DNA from: Tubulanus polymorphus
Taxonomy: Eukaryota > Animalia > Nemertea
Direction: 5' to 3'
DNA length: 64,000 bases
NCBI RefSeq assembly: GCF_964204645.1
Contig: NC_134035.1
Span: forward strand, 7,782,451-7,846,450
This document shows positions 11,645 to 25,660 of this stretch, piece after piece (within the stretch, counting starts at the first letter, position 1; each line of letters starts with the position of its first letter). Under the pieces are notes generated by a model. That model saw only the letters and a list, made by a program, of their open reading frames with translations, was not told the origin of the DNA and made no database searches. The position numbers and the translations under genes are program-made.

Positions 11645-11763
11645 AGTCTACAGCACCCGGTATTCCCAGGCGGTCACCCATCCAAGTACTAACCGGGCCC
11701 GACGTTGCTTAACTTCGGTGATCGGACGAGAACCGGTGCTTTCAACGTGGTATGGCCGTAGAC
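11645..11763 (-). rRNA. 5S rRNA
   Basis: array copy. Confidence 0.97.
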
Positions 11764-12201
11764 AACAAAACGTATCAATCTAACCGTTTTGATATTACCT
11801 TCTCGATAGGATCGCCACCTCAGCGAGGCATCCACTTTTTATGTCTCTTTTAACACAGTTTCAATTGCTCAACTGATAAAACCAGGTACAATTATCCATT
11901 CGCTCCATCGAAAGATGTAGAAACAAACGCCTTTCCCTTCGCTCAAGGATCGGCGTTGAATAAGGCGGAGGAAACTATGAGAACAGCTACTTAGCAACAC
12001 AATCTGTGACGTCACATTACCAGAAAACATCCAATCTTCTATCTCTAACAAAGTATCGATTTGGGAATATATCTGCGACAACAAAATTTTGACACCTTCG
12101 TTCAACTAATGGCGTAAACAAACAAGCAAATAAACAAACAAATAAACGGCTGTTTGCGAGTGCTTTTAATTTTTGAAATAAATCGAGCAAAATTTGAAAA
12201 A

Positions 12202-12320
12202 AGTCTACAGCACCCGGTATTCCCAGGCGGTCACCCATCCAAGTACTAACCGGGCCCGACGTTGCTTAACTTCGGTGATCGGACGAGAACCGGTGCTTTC
12301 AACGTGGTATGGCCGTAGAC
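12202..12320 (-). rRNA. 5S rRNA
   Basis: array copy. Confidence 0.97.
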
Positions 12321-12756
12321 AACAAAACGTATAAATCTAACCGTTTTGATATTACCTTCTCGATAGGATCGCCACCTCAGCGAGGCATCCACTTTTTATG
12401 TCTCTTTTAACACAGTTTCAATTGCTCAACTGATAAAACCAGGTACAATTATCCATTCGCTCCATCGAAAGATGTAGAAACAAACGCCTTTCCCTTCGCT
12501 CAAGGATCGGCGTTGAATAAGGCGGAGGAAACTATGAGAACAGCTACTTAGCAACACAATCTGTGACGTCACATTACCAGAAAACATCCAATCTTCTATC
12601 TAACAAAGTATCGTTTTGGGAATATATCTGCGACAACAAAATTTTGACAGCTTCGTTCAACTAATGGCGAAAACAAACAAGCAAATAAACAAACAAATAA
12701 ACGGCTGTTTGCGAGTGCTTTTAATTTTTGAAATAAATCGAGCAAAATTTGAAAAA

Positions 12757-12875
12757 AGTCTACAGCACCCGGTATTCCCAGGCGGTCACCCATCCAAGTA
12801 CTAACCGGGCCCGACGTTGCTTAACTTCGGTGATCGGACGAGAACCGGTGCTTTCAACGTGGTATGGCCGTAGAC
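12757..12875 (-). rRNA. 5S rRNA
   Basis: array copy. Confidence 0.97.
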
Positions 12876-13311
12876 AACAAAACGTATAAATCTAACCGTT
12901 TTGATATTACCTTCTCGATAGGATCGCCACCTCAGCGAGGCATCCACTTTTTATGTCTCTTTTAACACAGTTTCAATTGCTCAACTGATAAAACCAGGTA
13001 CAATTATCCATTCGCTCCATCGAAAGATGTAGAAACAAACGCCTTTCCCTTCGCTCAAGGATCGGCGTTGAATAAGGCGGAGGAAACTATGAGAACAGCT
13101 ACTTAGCAACACAATCTGTGACGTCACATTACCAGAAAACATCCAATCTTCTATCTAACAAAGTATCGATTTGGGAATATATCTGCGACAACAAAATTTT
13201 GACAGCTTCGTTCAACTAATGGCGTAAACAAACAAGCAAATAAACAAACAAATAAACGGCTGTTTGCGAGTGCTTTTAATTTTTGAAATAAATCGAGCAA
13301 AATTTGAAAAA

Positions 13312-13430
13312 AGTCTACCGCACCCGGTATTCCCAGGCGGTCACCCATCCAAGTACTAACCGGGCCCGACGTTGCTTAACTTCGGTGATCGGACGAGAAC
13401 CGGTGCTTTCAACGTGGTATGGCCGTAGAC
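13312..13430 (-). rRNA. 5S rRNA, variant T112G
   Basis: a>c at 13319. Confidence 0.94.
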
Positions 13431-13866
13431 AACAAAACGTATAAATCTGACCGTTTTGATATTACCTTCTCGATAGGATCGCCACCTCAGCGAGGCATCC
13501 ACTTTTTATGTCTCTTTTAACACAGTTTCAATTGCTCAACTGATAAAACCAGGTACAATTATCCATTCGCTCCATCGAAAGATGTAGAAACAAACGCCTT
13601 TCTCTTCGCTCAAGGATCGGCGTTGAATAAGGCGGAGGAAACTATGAGAACAGCTACTTAGCAACACAATCTGTGACGTCACATTACCAGAAAACATCCA
13701 ATCTTCTATCTAACAAAGTATCGATTTGGGAATATATCTGCGACAACAAAATTTTGACAGCTTCGTTCAACTAATGGCGAAAACGAACAAGCAAATAAAC
13801 AAACAAATAAACGGCTGTTTACGAGTGCTTTTAATTTTTGAAATAAATCGAGCAAAATTTGAAAAA

Positions 13867-13985
13867 AGTCTACAGCACCCGGTATTCCCAGGCGGTCACC
13901 CATCCAAGTACTAACCGGGCCCGACGTTGCTTAACTTCGGTGATCGGACGAGAACCGGTGCTTTCAACGTGGTATGGCCGTAGAC
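13867..13985 (-). rRNA. 5S rRNA
   Basis: array copy. Confidence 0.97.
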
Positions 13986-14423
13986 AACAAAACGTATAAA
14001 TCTAACCGTTTTGATATTACCTTCTCGATAGGATCGCCACCTCAGCGAGGCATCCACTTTTTATGTCTCTTTTAACACAGTTTCAATTGCTCAACTGATA
14101 AAACCAGGTACAATTATCCATTCGCTCCATCGAAAGATGTAGAAACAAACGCCTTTCCCTTCGCTCAAGGATCGGCGTTGAATAAGGCGGAGGAAACTAT
14201 GAGAACAGCTACTTAGCAACACAATCTGTGACGTCACATTACCAGAAAACATCCAATCTTCTATCTCTAACAAAGTATCGATTTGGGAATATATCTGCGA
14301 CAACAAAATTTTGACACCTTCGTTCAACTAATGGCGTAAACAAACAAGCAAATAAACAAACAAATAAACGGCTGTTTGCGAGTGCTTTTAATTTTTGAAA
14401 TAAATCGAGCAAAATTTGAAAAA

Positions 14424-14542
14424 AGTCTACAGCACCCGGTATTCCCAGGCGGTCACCCATCCAAGTACTAACCGGGCCCGACGTTGCTTAACTTCGGTGA
14501 TCGGACGAGAACCGGTGCTTTCAACGTGGTATGGCCGTAGAC
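14424..14542 (-). rRNA. 5S rRNA
   Basis: array copy. Confidence 0.97.
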
Positions 14543-14978
14543 AACAAAACGTATAAATCTAACCGTTTTGATATTACCTTCTCGATAGGATCGCCACCTC
14601 AGCGAGGCATCCACTTTTTATGTCTCTTTTAACACAGTTTCAATTGCTCAACTGATAAAACCAGGTACAATTATCCATTCGCTCCATCGAAAGATGTAGA
14701 AACAAACGCCTTTCCCTTCGCTCAAGGATCGGCGTTGAATAAGGCGGAGGAAACTATGAGAACAGCTACTTAGCAACACAATCTGTGACGTCACATTACC
14801 AGAAAACATCCAATCTTCTATCTAACAAAGTATCGTTTTGGGAATATATCTGCGACAACAAAATTTTGACAGCTTCGTTCAACTAATGGCGAAAACAAAC
14901 AAGCAAATAAACAAACAAATAAACGGCTGTTTGCGAGTGCTTTTAATTTTTGAAATAAATCGAGCAAAATTTGAAAAA

Positions 14979-15097
14979 AGTCTACAGCACCCGGTATTCC
15001 CAGGCGGTCACCCATCCAAGTACTAACCGGGCCCGACGTTGCTTAACTTCGGTGATCGGACGAGAACCGGTGCTTTCAACGTGGTATGGCCGTAGAC
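14979..15097 (-). rRNA. 5S rRNA
   Basis: array copy. Confidence 0.97.
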
Positions 15098-15533
15098 AAC
15101 AAAACGTATAAATCTAACCGTTTTGATATTACCTTCTCGATAGGATCGCCACCTCAGCGAGGCATCCACTTTTTATGTCTCTTTTAACACAGTTTCAATT
15201 GCTCAACTGATAAAACCAGGTACAATTATCCATTCGCTCCATCGAAAGATGTAGAAACAAACGCCTTTCCCTTCGCTCAAGGATCGGCGTTGAATAAGGC
15301 GGAGGAAACTATGAGAACAGCTACTTAGCAACACAATCTGTGACGTCACATTACCAGAAAACATCCAATCTTCTATCTAACAAAGTATCGATTTGGGAAT
15401 ATATCTGCGACAACAAAATTTTGACAGCTTCGTTCAACTAATGGCGTAAACAAACAAGCAAATAAACAAACAAATAAACGGCTGTTTGCGAGTGCTTTTA
15501 ATTTTTGAAATAAATCGAGCAAAATTTGAAAAA

Positions 15534-15652
15534 AGTCTACAGCACCCGGTATTCCCAGGCGGTCACCCATCCAAGTACTAACCGGGCCCGACGTTGCTTA
15601 ACTTCGGTGATCGGACGAGAACCGGTGCTTTCAACGTGGTATGGCCGTAGAC
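15534..15652 (-). rRNA. 5S rRNA
   Basis: array copy. Confidence 0.97.
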
Positions 15653-16088
15653 AACAAAACGTATAAATCTGACCGTTTTGATATTACCTTCTCGATAGGA
15701 TCGCCACCTCAGCGAGGCATCCACTTTTTATGTCTCTTTTAACACAGTTTCAATTGCTCAACTGATAAAACCAGGTACAATTATCCATTCGCTCCATCGA
15801 AAGATGTAGAAACAAACGCCTTTCTCTTCGCTCAAGGATCGGCGTTGAATAAGGCGGAGGAAACTATGAGAACAGCTACTTAGCAACACAATCTGTGACG
15901 TCACATTACCAGAAAACATCCAATCTTCTATCTAACAAAGTATCGATTTGGGAATATATCTGCGACAACAAAATTTTGACAGCTTCGTTCAACTAATGGC
16001 GAAAACGAACAAGCAAATAAACAAACAAATAAACGGCTGTTTGCGAGTGCTTTTAATTTTTGAAATAAATCGAGCAAAATTTGAAAAA

Positions 16089-16207
16089 AGTCTACAGCAC
16101 CCGGTATTCCCAGGCGGTCACCCATCCAAGTACTAACCGGGCCCGACGTTGCTTAACTTCGGTGATCGGACGAGAACCGGTGCTTTCAACGTGGTATGGC
16201 CGTAGAC
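16089..16207 (-). rRNA. 5S rRNA
   Basis: array copy. Confidence 0.97.
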
Positions 16208-16643
16208 AACAAAACGTATCAATCTAACCGTTTTGATATTACCTTCTCGATAGGATCGCCACCTCAGCGAGGCATCCACTTTTTATGTCTCTTTTAACAC
16301 AGTTTCAATTGCTCAACTGATAAAACCAGGTACAATTATCCATTCGCTCCATCGAAAGATGTAGAAACAAACGCCTTTCCCTTCGCTCAAGGATCGGCGT
16401 TGAATAAGGCGGAGGAAACTATGAGAACAGCTACTTAGCAACACAATCTGTGACGTCACATTACCAGAAAACATCCAATCTTCTATCTAACAAAGTATCG
16501 ATTTGGGAATATATCTGCGACAACAAAATTTTGACAGCTTCGTTCAACTAATGGCGAAAACGAACAAGCAAATAAACAAACAAATAAACGGCTGTTTACG
16601 AGTGCTTTTAATTTTTGAAATAAATCGAGCAAAATTTGAAAAA

Positions 16644-16762
16644 AGTCTACAGCACCCGGTATTCCCAGGCGGTCACCCATCCAAGTACTAACCGGGCCCG
16701 ACGTTGCTTAACTTCGGTGATCGGACGAGAACCGGTGCTTTCAACGTGGTATGGCCGTAGAC
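16644..16762 (-). rRNA. 5S rRNA
   Basis: array copy. Confidence 0.97.
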
Positions 16763-17200
16763 AACAAAACGTATCAATCTAACCGTTTTGATATTACCTT
16801 CTCGATAGGATCGCCACCTCAGCGAGGCATCCACTTTTTATGTCTCTTTTAACACAGTTTCAATTGCTCAACTGATAAAACCAGGTACAATTATCCATTC
16901 GCTCCATCGAAAGATGTAGAAACAAACGCCTTTCCCTTCGCTCAAGGATCGGCGTTGAATAAGGCGGAGGAAACTATGAGAACAGCTACTTAGCAACACA
17001 ATCTGTGACGTCACATTACCAGAAAACATCCAATCTTCTATCTCTAACAAAGTATCGATTTGGGAATATATCTGCGACAACAAAATTTTGACACCTTCGT
17101 TCAACTAATGGCGTAAACAAACAAGCAAATAAACAAACAAATAAACGGCTGTTTGCGAGTGCTTTTAATTTTTGAAATAAATCGAGCAAAATTTGAAAAA

Positions 17201-17319
17201 AGTCTACAGCACCCGGTATTCCCAGGCGGTCACCCATCCAAGTACTAACCGGGCCCGACGTTGCTTAACTTCGGTGATCGGACGAGAACCGGTGCTTTCA
17301 ACGTGGTATGGCCGTAGAC
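17201..17319 (-). rRNA. 5S rRNA
   Basis: array copy. Confidence 0.97.
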
Positions 17320-17755
17320 AACAAAACGTATAAATCTAACCGTTTTGATATTACCTTCTCGATAGGATCGCCACCTCAGCGAGGCATCCACTTTTTATGT
17401 CTCTTTTAACACAGTTTCAATTGCTCAACTGATAAAACCAGGTACAATTATCCATTCGCTCCATCGAAAGATGTAGAAACAAACGCCTTTCCCTTCGCTC
17501 AAGGATCGGCGTTGAATAAGGCGGAGGAAACTATGAGAACAGCTACTTAGCAACACAATCTGTGACGTCACATTACCAGAAAACATCCAATCTTCTATCT
17601 AACAAAGTATCGATTTGGGAATATATCTGCGACAACAAAATTTTGACAGCTTCGTTCAACTAATGGCGAAAACAAACAAGCAAATAAACAAACAAATAAA
17701 CGGCTGTTTGCGAGTGCTTTTAATTTTTGAAATAAATCGAGCAAAATTTGAAAAA

Positions 17756-17874
17756 AGTCTACAGCACCCGGTATTCCCAGGCGGTCACCCATCCAAGTAC
17801 TAACCGGGCCCGACGTTGCTTAACTTCGGTGATCGGACGAGAACCGGTGCTTTCAACGTGGTATGGCCGTAGAC
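17756..17874 (-). rRNA. 5S rRNA
   Basis: array copy. Confidence 0.97.
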
Positions 17875-18310
17875 AACAAAACGTATAAATCTAACCGTTT
17901 TGATATTACCTTCTCGATAGGATCGCCACCTCAGCGAGGCATCCACTTTTTATGTCTCTTTTAACACAGTTTCAATTGCTCAACTGATAAAACCAGGTAC
18001 AATTATCCATTCGCTCCATCGAAAGATGTAGAAACAAACGCCTTTCCCTTCGCTCAAGGATCGGCGTTGAATAAGGCGGAGGAAACTATGAGAACAGCTA
18101 CTTAGCAACACAATCTGTGACGTCACATTACCAGAAAACATCCAATCTTCTATCTAACAAAGTATCGATTTGGGAATATATCTGCGACAACAAAATTTTG
18201 ACAGCTTCGTTCAACTAATGGCGAAAACAAACAAGCAAATAAACAAACAAATAAACGGCTGTTTGCGAGTGCTTTTAATTTTTGAAATAAATCGAGCAAA
18301 ATTTGAAAAA

Positions 18311-18429
18311 AGTCTACAGCACCCGGTATTCCCAGGCGGTCACCCATCCAAGTACTAACCGGGCCCGACGTTGCTTAACTTCGGTGATCGGACGAGAACC
18401 GGTGCTTTCAACGTGGTATGGCCGTAGAC
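18311..18429 (-). rRNA. 5S rRNA
   Basis: array copy. Confidence 0.97.
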
Positions 18430-18865
18430 AACAAAACGTATAAATCTAACCGTTTTGATATTACCTTCTCGATAGGATCGCCACCTCAGCGAGGCATCCA
18501 CTTTTTATGTCTCTTTTAACACAGTTTCAATTGCTCAACTGATAAAACCAGGTACAATTATCCATTCGCTCCATCGAAAGATGTAGAAACAAACGCCTTT
18601 CCCTTCGCTCAAGGATCGGCGTTGAATAAGGCGGAGGAAACTATGAGAACAGCTATTTAGCAACACAATCTGTGACGTCACATTACCAGAAAACATCCAA
18701 TCTTCTATCTAACAAAGTATCGATTTGGGAATATATCTGCGACAACAAAATTTTGACGGCTTCGTTCAACTAATGGCGAAAACAAACAAGCAAATAAACA
18801 AACAAATAAACGGCTGTTTGCGAGTGCTTTTAATTTTTGAAATAAATCGAGCAAAATTTGAAAAA

Positions 18866-18984
18866 AGTCTACAGCACCCGGTATTCCCAGGCGGTCACCC
18901 ATCCAAGTACTAACCGGGCCCGACGTTGCTTAACTTCGGTGATCGGACGAGAACCGGTGCTTTCAACGTGGTATGGCCGTAGAC
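18866..18984 (-). rRNA. 5S rRNA
   Basis: array copy. Confidence 0.97.
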
Positions 18985-19423
18985 AGCAAAACTTATAAAT
19001 CTAACCGTTTTGATATTACCTTCTCGATAGGATCGCCACCTCAGCGAGGCATCCACTTTTTATGTCTCTTTTAACACAGTTTCAATTGCTCAACTGATAA
19101 AACCAGGTACAATTATCCATTCGCTCCATCGAAAGATGTAGAAACAAACGCCTTTCTCTTCGCTCAAGGATCGGCGTTGAATAAGGCGGAGGAAACTATG
19201 AGAACAGCTACTTAGCAACACAATCTGTGACGTCACATTACCAGAAAACATCCAATCTTCTATCTCTAACAAAGTATCGATTTGGGAATATATCTGCGAC
19301 AACAAAATTTTGACGGCTTCGTTCAACTAATGGCGAAAACGAACAAGCAAATAAACAAACAAATAAACGGCTGTTTACGAGTGCTTTTAATTTTTGAAAT
19401 AAATCGAGCAAAATTTGAAAAAA

Positions 19424-19542
19424 AGTCTACAGCACCCGGTATTCCCAGGCGGTCACCCATCCAAGTACTAACCGGGCCCGACGTTGCTTAACTTCGGTGA
19501 TCGGACGAGAACCGGTGCTTTCAACGTGGTATGGCCGTAGAC
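19424..19542 (-). rRNA. 5S rRNA (T7 terminator)
   Basis: array copy. Confidence 0.97.
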
Positions 19543-19979
19543 AACAAAACGTATCAATCTAACCGTTTTGATATTACCTTCTCGATAGGATCGCCACCTC
19601 AGCGAGGCATCCACTTTTTATGTCTCTTTTAACACAGTTTCAATTGCTCAACTGATAAAACCAGGTACAATTATCCATTCGCTCCATCGAAAGATGTAGA
19701 AACAAACGCCTTTCCCTTCGCTCAAGGATCGGCGTTGAATAAGGCGGAGGAAACTATGAGAACAGCTACTTAGCAACACAATCTGTGACGTCACATTACC
19801 AGAAAACATCCAATCTTCTATCTAACAAAGTATCGATTTGGGAATATATCTGCGACAACAAAATTTTGACAGCTTCGTTCAACTAATGGCGAAAACAAAC
19901 AAGCAAATAAACAAACAAATAAACGGCTGTTTGCGAGTGCTTTTAATTTTTGAAATAAATCGAGCAAAATTTGAAAAAA

Positions 19980-20098
19980 AGTCTACAGCACCCGGTATTC
20001 CCAGGCGGTCACCCATCCAAGTACTAACCGGGCCCGACGTTGCTTAACTTCGGTGATCGGACGAGAACCGGTGCTTTCAACGTGGTATGGCCGTAGAC
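19980..20098 (-). rRNA. 5S rRNA (T7 terminator)
   Basis: array copy. Confidence 0.97.
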
Positions 20099-20534
20099 AA
20101 CAAAACGTATAAATCTAACCGTTTTGATATTACCTTCTCGATAGGATCGCCACCTCAGCGAGGCATCCACTTTTTATGTCTCTTTTAACACAGTTTCAAT
20201 TGCTCAACTGATAAAACCAGGTACAATTATCCATTCGCTCCATCGAAAGATGTAGAAACAAACGCCTTTCCCTTCGCTCAAGGATCGGCGTTGAATAAGG
20301 CGGAGGAAACTATGAGAACAGCTACTTAGCAACACAATCTGTGACGTCACATTACCAGAAAACATCCAATCTTCTATCTAACAAAGTATCGATTTGGGAA
20401 TATATCTGCGACAACAAAATTTTGACAGCTTCGTTCAACTAATGGCGAAAACAAACAAGCAAATAAACAAACAAATAAACGGCTGTTTGCGAGTGCTTTT
20501 AATTTTTGAAATAAATCGAGCAAAATTTGAAAAA

Positions 20535-20653
20535 AGTCTACAGCACCCGGTATTCCCAGGCGGTCACCCATCCAAGTACTAACCGGGCCCGACGTTGCTT
20601 AACTTCGGTGATCGGACGAGAACCGGTGCTTTCAACGTGGTATGGCCGTAGAC
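20535..20653 (-). rRNA. 5S rRNA
   Basis: array copy. Confidence 0.97.
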
Positions 20654-21089
20654 AACAAAACGTATAAATCTAACCGTTTTGATATTACCTTCTCGATAGG
20701 ATCGCCACCTCAGCGAGGCATCCACTTTTTATGTCTCTTTTAACACAGTTTCAATTGCTCAACTGATAAAACCAGGTACAATTATCCATTCGCTCCATCG
20801 AAAGATGTAGAAACAAACGCCTTTCCCTTCGCTCAAGGATCGGCGTTGAATAAGGCGGAGGAAACTATGAGAACAGCTACTTAGCAACACAATCTGTGAC
20901 GTCACATTACCAGAAAACATCCAATCTTCTATCTAACAAAGTATCGATTTGGGAATATATCTGCGACAACAAAATTTTGACAGCTTCGTTCAACTAATGG
21001 CGAAAACAAACAAGCAAATAAACAAACAAATAAACGGCTGTTTGCGAGTGCTTTTAATTTTTGAAATAAATCGAGCAAAATTTGAAAAA

Positions 21090-21208
21090 AGTCTACAGCA
21101 CCCGGTATTCCCAGGCGGTCACCCATCCAAGTACTAACCGGGCCCGACGTTGCTTAACTTCGGTGATCGGACGAGAACCGGTGCTTTCAACGTGGTATGG
21201 CCGTAGAC
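21090..21208 (-). rRNA. 5S rRNA
   Basis: array copy. Confidence 0.97.
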
Positions 21209-21644
21209 AACAAAACGTATCAATCTAACCGTTTTGATATTACCTTCTCGATAGGATCGCCACCTCAGCGAGGCATCCACTTTTTATGTCTCTTTTAACA
21301 CAGTTTCAATTGCTCAACTGATAAAACCAGGTACAATTATCCATTCGCTCCATCGAAAGATGTAGAAACAAACGCCTTTCCCTTCGCTCAAGGATCGGCG
21401 TTGAATAAGGCGGAGGAAACTATGAGAACAGCTACTTAGCAACACAATCTGTGACGTCACATTACCAGAAAACATCCAATCTTCTATCTAACAAAGTATC
21501 GATTTGGGAATATATCTGCGACAACAAAATTTTGACAGCTTCGTTCAACTAATGGCAAAAACAAACAAGCAAATAAACAAACAAATAAACGGCTGTTTGC
21601 GAGTGCTTTTAATTTTTGAAATAAATCGAGCAAAATTTGAAAAA

Positions 21645-21763
21645 AGTCTACAGCACCCGGTATTCCCAGGCGGTCACCCATCCAAGTACTAACCGGGCCC
21701 GACGTTGCTTAACTTCGGTGATCGGACGAGAACCGGTGCTTTCAACGTGGTATGGCCGTAGAC
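21645..21763 (-). rRNA. 5S rRNA
   Basis: array copy. Confidence 0.97.
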
Positions 21764-22199
21764 AACAAAACGTATGAATCTAACCGTTTTGATATTACCT
21801 TCTCGATAGGATCGCCACCTCAGCGAGGCATCCACTTTTTATGTCTCTTTTAACACAGTTTCAATTGCTCAACTGATAAAACCAGGTACAATTATCCATT
21901 CGCTCCATCGAAAGATGTAGAAACAAACGCCTTTCCCTTCGCTCAAGGATCGGCGTTGAATAAGGCGGAGGAAACTATGAGAACAGCTACTTAGCAACAC
22001 AATCTGTGACGTCACATTACCAGAAAACATCCAATCTTCTATCTAACAAAGTATCGATTTGGGAATATATCTGCGACAACAAAATTTTGACGGCTTCGTT
22101 CAACTAATGGCGAAAACGAACAAGCAAATAAACAAACAAATAAACGGCTGTTTGCGAGTGCTTTTAATTTTTGAAATAAATCGAGCAAAATTTGAAAAA

Positions 22200-22318
22200 A
22201 GTCTACAGCACCCGGTATTCCCAGGCGGTCACCCATCCAAGTACTAACCGGGCCCGACGTTGCTTAACTTCGGTGATCGGACGAGAACCGGTGCTTTCAA
22301 CGTGGTATGGCCGTAGAC
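22200..22318 (-). rRNA. 5S rRNA
   Basis: array copy. Confidence 0.97.
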
Positions 22319-22756
22319 AACAAAACGTATAAATCTAACCGTTTTGATATTACCTTCTCGATAGGATCGCCACCTCAGCGAGGCATCCACTTTTTATGTC
22401 TCTTTTAACACAGTTTCAATTGCTCAACTGATAAAACCAGGTACAATTATCCATTCGCTCCATCGAAAGATGTAGAAACAAACGCCTTTCCCTTCGCTCA
22501 AGGATCGGCGTTGAATAAGGCGGAGGAAACTATGAGAACAGCTACTTAGCAACACAATCTGTGACGTCACATTACCAGAAAACATCCAATCTTCTATCTC
22601 TAACAAAGTATCGATTTGGGAATATATCTGCGACAACAAAATTTTGACGGCTTCGTTCAACTAATGGCGAAAACGAACAAGCAAATAAACAAACAAATAA
22701 ACGGCTGTTTACGAGTGCTTTTAATTTTTGAAATAAATCGAGCAAAATTTGAAAAA

Positions 22757-22875
22757 AGTCTACAGCACCCGGTATTCCCAGGCGGTCACCCATCCAAGTA
22801 CTAACCGGGCCCGACGTTGCTTAACTTCGGTGATCGGACGAGAACCGGTGCTTTCAACGTGGTATGGCCGTAGAC
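22757..22875 (-). rRNA. 5S rRNA
   Basis: array copy. Confidence 0.97.
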
Positions 22876-23313
22876 AACAAAACGTATAAATCTAACCGTT
22901 TTGATATTACCTTCTCGATAGGATCGCCACCTCAGCGAGGCATCCACTTTTTATGTCTCTTTTAACACAGTTTCAATTGCTCAACTGATAAAACCAGGTA
23001 CAATTATCCATTCGCTCCATCGAAAGATGTAGAAACAAACGCCTTTCCCTTCGCTCAAGGATCGGCGTTGAATAAGGCGGAGGAAACTATGAGAACAGCT
23101 ACTTAGCAACACAATCTGTGACGTCACATTACCAGAAAACATCCAATCTTCTATCTCTAACAAAGTATCGATTTGGGAATATATCTGCGACAACAAAATT
23201 TTGACGGCTTCGTTCAACTAATGGCGAAAACGAACAAGCAAATAAACAAACAAATAAACGGCTGTTTACGAGTGCTTTTAGTTTTTGAAATAAATCGAGC
23301 AAAATTTGAAAAA

Positions 23314-23432
23314 AGTCTACAGCACCCGGTATTCCCAGGCGGTCACCCATCCAAGTACTAACCGGGCCCGACGTTGCTTAACTTCGGTGATCGGACGAGA
23401 ACCGGTGCTTTCAACGTGGTATGGCCGTAGAC
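23314..23432 (-). rRNA. 5S rRNA
   Basis: array copy. Confidence 0.97.
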
Positions 23433-23870
23433 AACAAAACGTATAAATCTAACCGTTTTGATATTACCTTCTCGATAGGATCGCCACCTCAGCGAGGCAT
23501 CCACTTTTTATGTCTCTTTTAACACAGTTTCAATTGCTCAACTGATAAAACCAGGTACAATTATCCATTCGCTCCATCGAAAGATGTAGAAACAAACGCC
23601 TTTCCCTTCGCTCAAGGATCGGCGTTGAATAAGGCGGAGGAAACTATGAGAACAGCTACTTAGCAACACAATCTGTGACGTCACATTACCAGAAAACATC
23701 CAATCTTCTATCTCTAACAAAGTATCGATTTGGGAATATATCTGCGACAACAAAATTTTGACGGCTTCGTTCAACTAATGGCGAAAACGAACAAGCAAAT
23801 AAACAAACAAATAAACGGCTGTTTACGAGTGGTTTTAATTTTTGAAATAAATCGAGCAAAATTTGAAAAA

Positions 23871-23989
23871 AGTCTACAGCACCCGGTATTCCCAGGCGGT
23901 CACCCATCCAAGTACTAACCGGGCCCGACGTTGCTTAACTTCGGTGATCGGACGAGAACCGGTGCTTTCAACGTGGTATGGCCGTAGAC
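23871..23989 (-). rRNA. 5S rRNA
   Basis: array copy. Confidence 0.97.
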
Positions 23990-24427
23990 AACAAAACGTA
24001 TCAATCTAACCGTTTTGATATTACCTTCTCGATAGGATCGCCACCTCAGCGAGGCATCCACTTTTTATGTCTCTTTTAACACAGTTTCAATTGCTCAACT
24101 GATAAAACCAGGTACAATTATCCATTCGCTCCATCGAAAGATGTAGAAACAAACGCCTTTCCCTTCGCTCAAGGATCGGCGTTGAATAAGGCGGAGGAAA
24201 CTATGAGAACAGCTACTTAGCAACACAATCTGTGACGTCACATTACCAGAAAACATCCAATCTTCTATCTCTAACAAAGTATCGATTTGGGAATATATCT
24301 GCGACAACAAAATTTTGACGGCTTCGTTCAACTAATGGCGAAAACGAACAAGCAAATAAACAAACAAATAAACGGCTGTTTGCGAGTGCTTTTAATTTTT
24401 GAAATAAATCGAGCAAAATTTGAAAAA

Positions 24428-24546
24428 AGTCTACAGCACCCGGTATTCCCAGGCGGTCACCCATCCAAGTACTAACCGGGCCCGACGTTGCTTAACTTCG
24501 GTGATCGGACGAGAACCGGTGCTTTCAACGTGGTATGGCCGTAGAC
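24428..24546 (-). rRNA. 5S rRNA
   Basis: array copy. Confidence 0.97.
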
Positions 24547-24985
24547 AACAAAACGTATAAATCTAACCGTTTTGATATTACCTTCTCGATAGGATCGCCA
24601 CCTCAGCGAGGCATCCACTTTTTATGTCTCTTTTAACACAGTTTCAATTGCTCAACTGATAAAACCAGGTACAATTATCCATTCGCTCCATCGAAAGATG
24701 TAGAAACAAACGCCTTTCTCTTCGCTCAAGGATCGGCGTTGAATAAGGCGGAGGAAACTATGAGAACAGCTACTTAGCAACACAATCTGTGACGTCACAT
24801 TACCAGAAAACATCCAATCTTCTATCTCTAACAAAGTATCGATTTGGGAATATATCTGCGACAACAAAATTTTGACGGCTTCGTTCAACTAATGGCGAAA
24901 ACGAACAAGCAAATAAACAAACAAATAAACGGCTGTTTACGAGTGCTTTTAATTTTTGAAATAAATCGAGCAAAATTTGAAAAAA

Positions 24986-25104
24986 AGTCTACAGCACCCG
25001 GTATTCCCAGGCGGTCACCCATCCAAGTACTAACCGGGCCCGACGTTGCTTAACTTCGGTGATCGGACGAGAACCGGTGCTTTCAACGTGGTATGGCCGT
25101 AGAC
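24986..25104 (-). rRNA. 5S rRNA (T7 terminator)
   Basis: array copy. Confidence 0.97.
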
Positions 25105-25541
25105 AACAAAACGTATCAATCTAACCGTTTTGATATTACCTTCTCGATAGGATCGCCACCTCAGCGAGGCATCCACTTTTTATGTCTCTTTTAACACAGT
25201 TTCAATTGCTCAACTGATAAAACCAGGTACAATTATCCATTCGCTCCATCGAAAGATGTAGAAACAAACGCCTTTCCCTTCGCTCAAGGATCGGCGTTGA
25301 ATAAGGCGGAGGAAACTATGAGAACAGCTACTTAGCAACACAATCTGTGACGTCACATTACCAGAAAACATCCAATCTTCTATCTAACAAAGTATCGATT
25401 TGGGAATATATCTGCGACAACAAAATTTTGACAGCTTCGTTCAACTAATGGCGAAAACAAACAAGCAAATAAACAAACAAATAAACGGCTGTTTGCGAGT
25501 GCTTTTAATTTTTGAAATAAATCGAGCAAAATTTGAAAAAA

Positions 25542-25660
25542 AGTCTACAGCACCCGGTATTCCCAGGCGGTCACCCATCCAAGTACTAACCGGGCCCGAC
25601 GTTGCTTAACTTCGGTGATCGGACGAGAACCGGTGCTTTCAACGTGGTATGGCCGTAGAC
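25542..25660 (-). rRNA. 5S rRNA (T7 terminator)
   Basis: array copy. Confidence 0.97.

Larger units (their letters stand above)
11770..16200. repeat. Higher-order duplication of 4 units (period 2222 bp); boundaries approximate
   Basis: GACACC, tatcgTttt, ggcgTaaac and aatctGacc variants recur at +2222. Confidence 0.8.
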
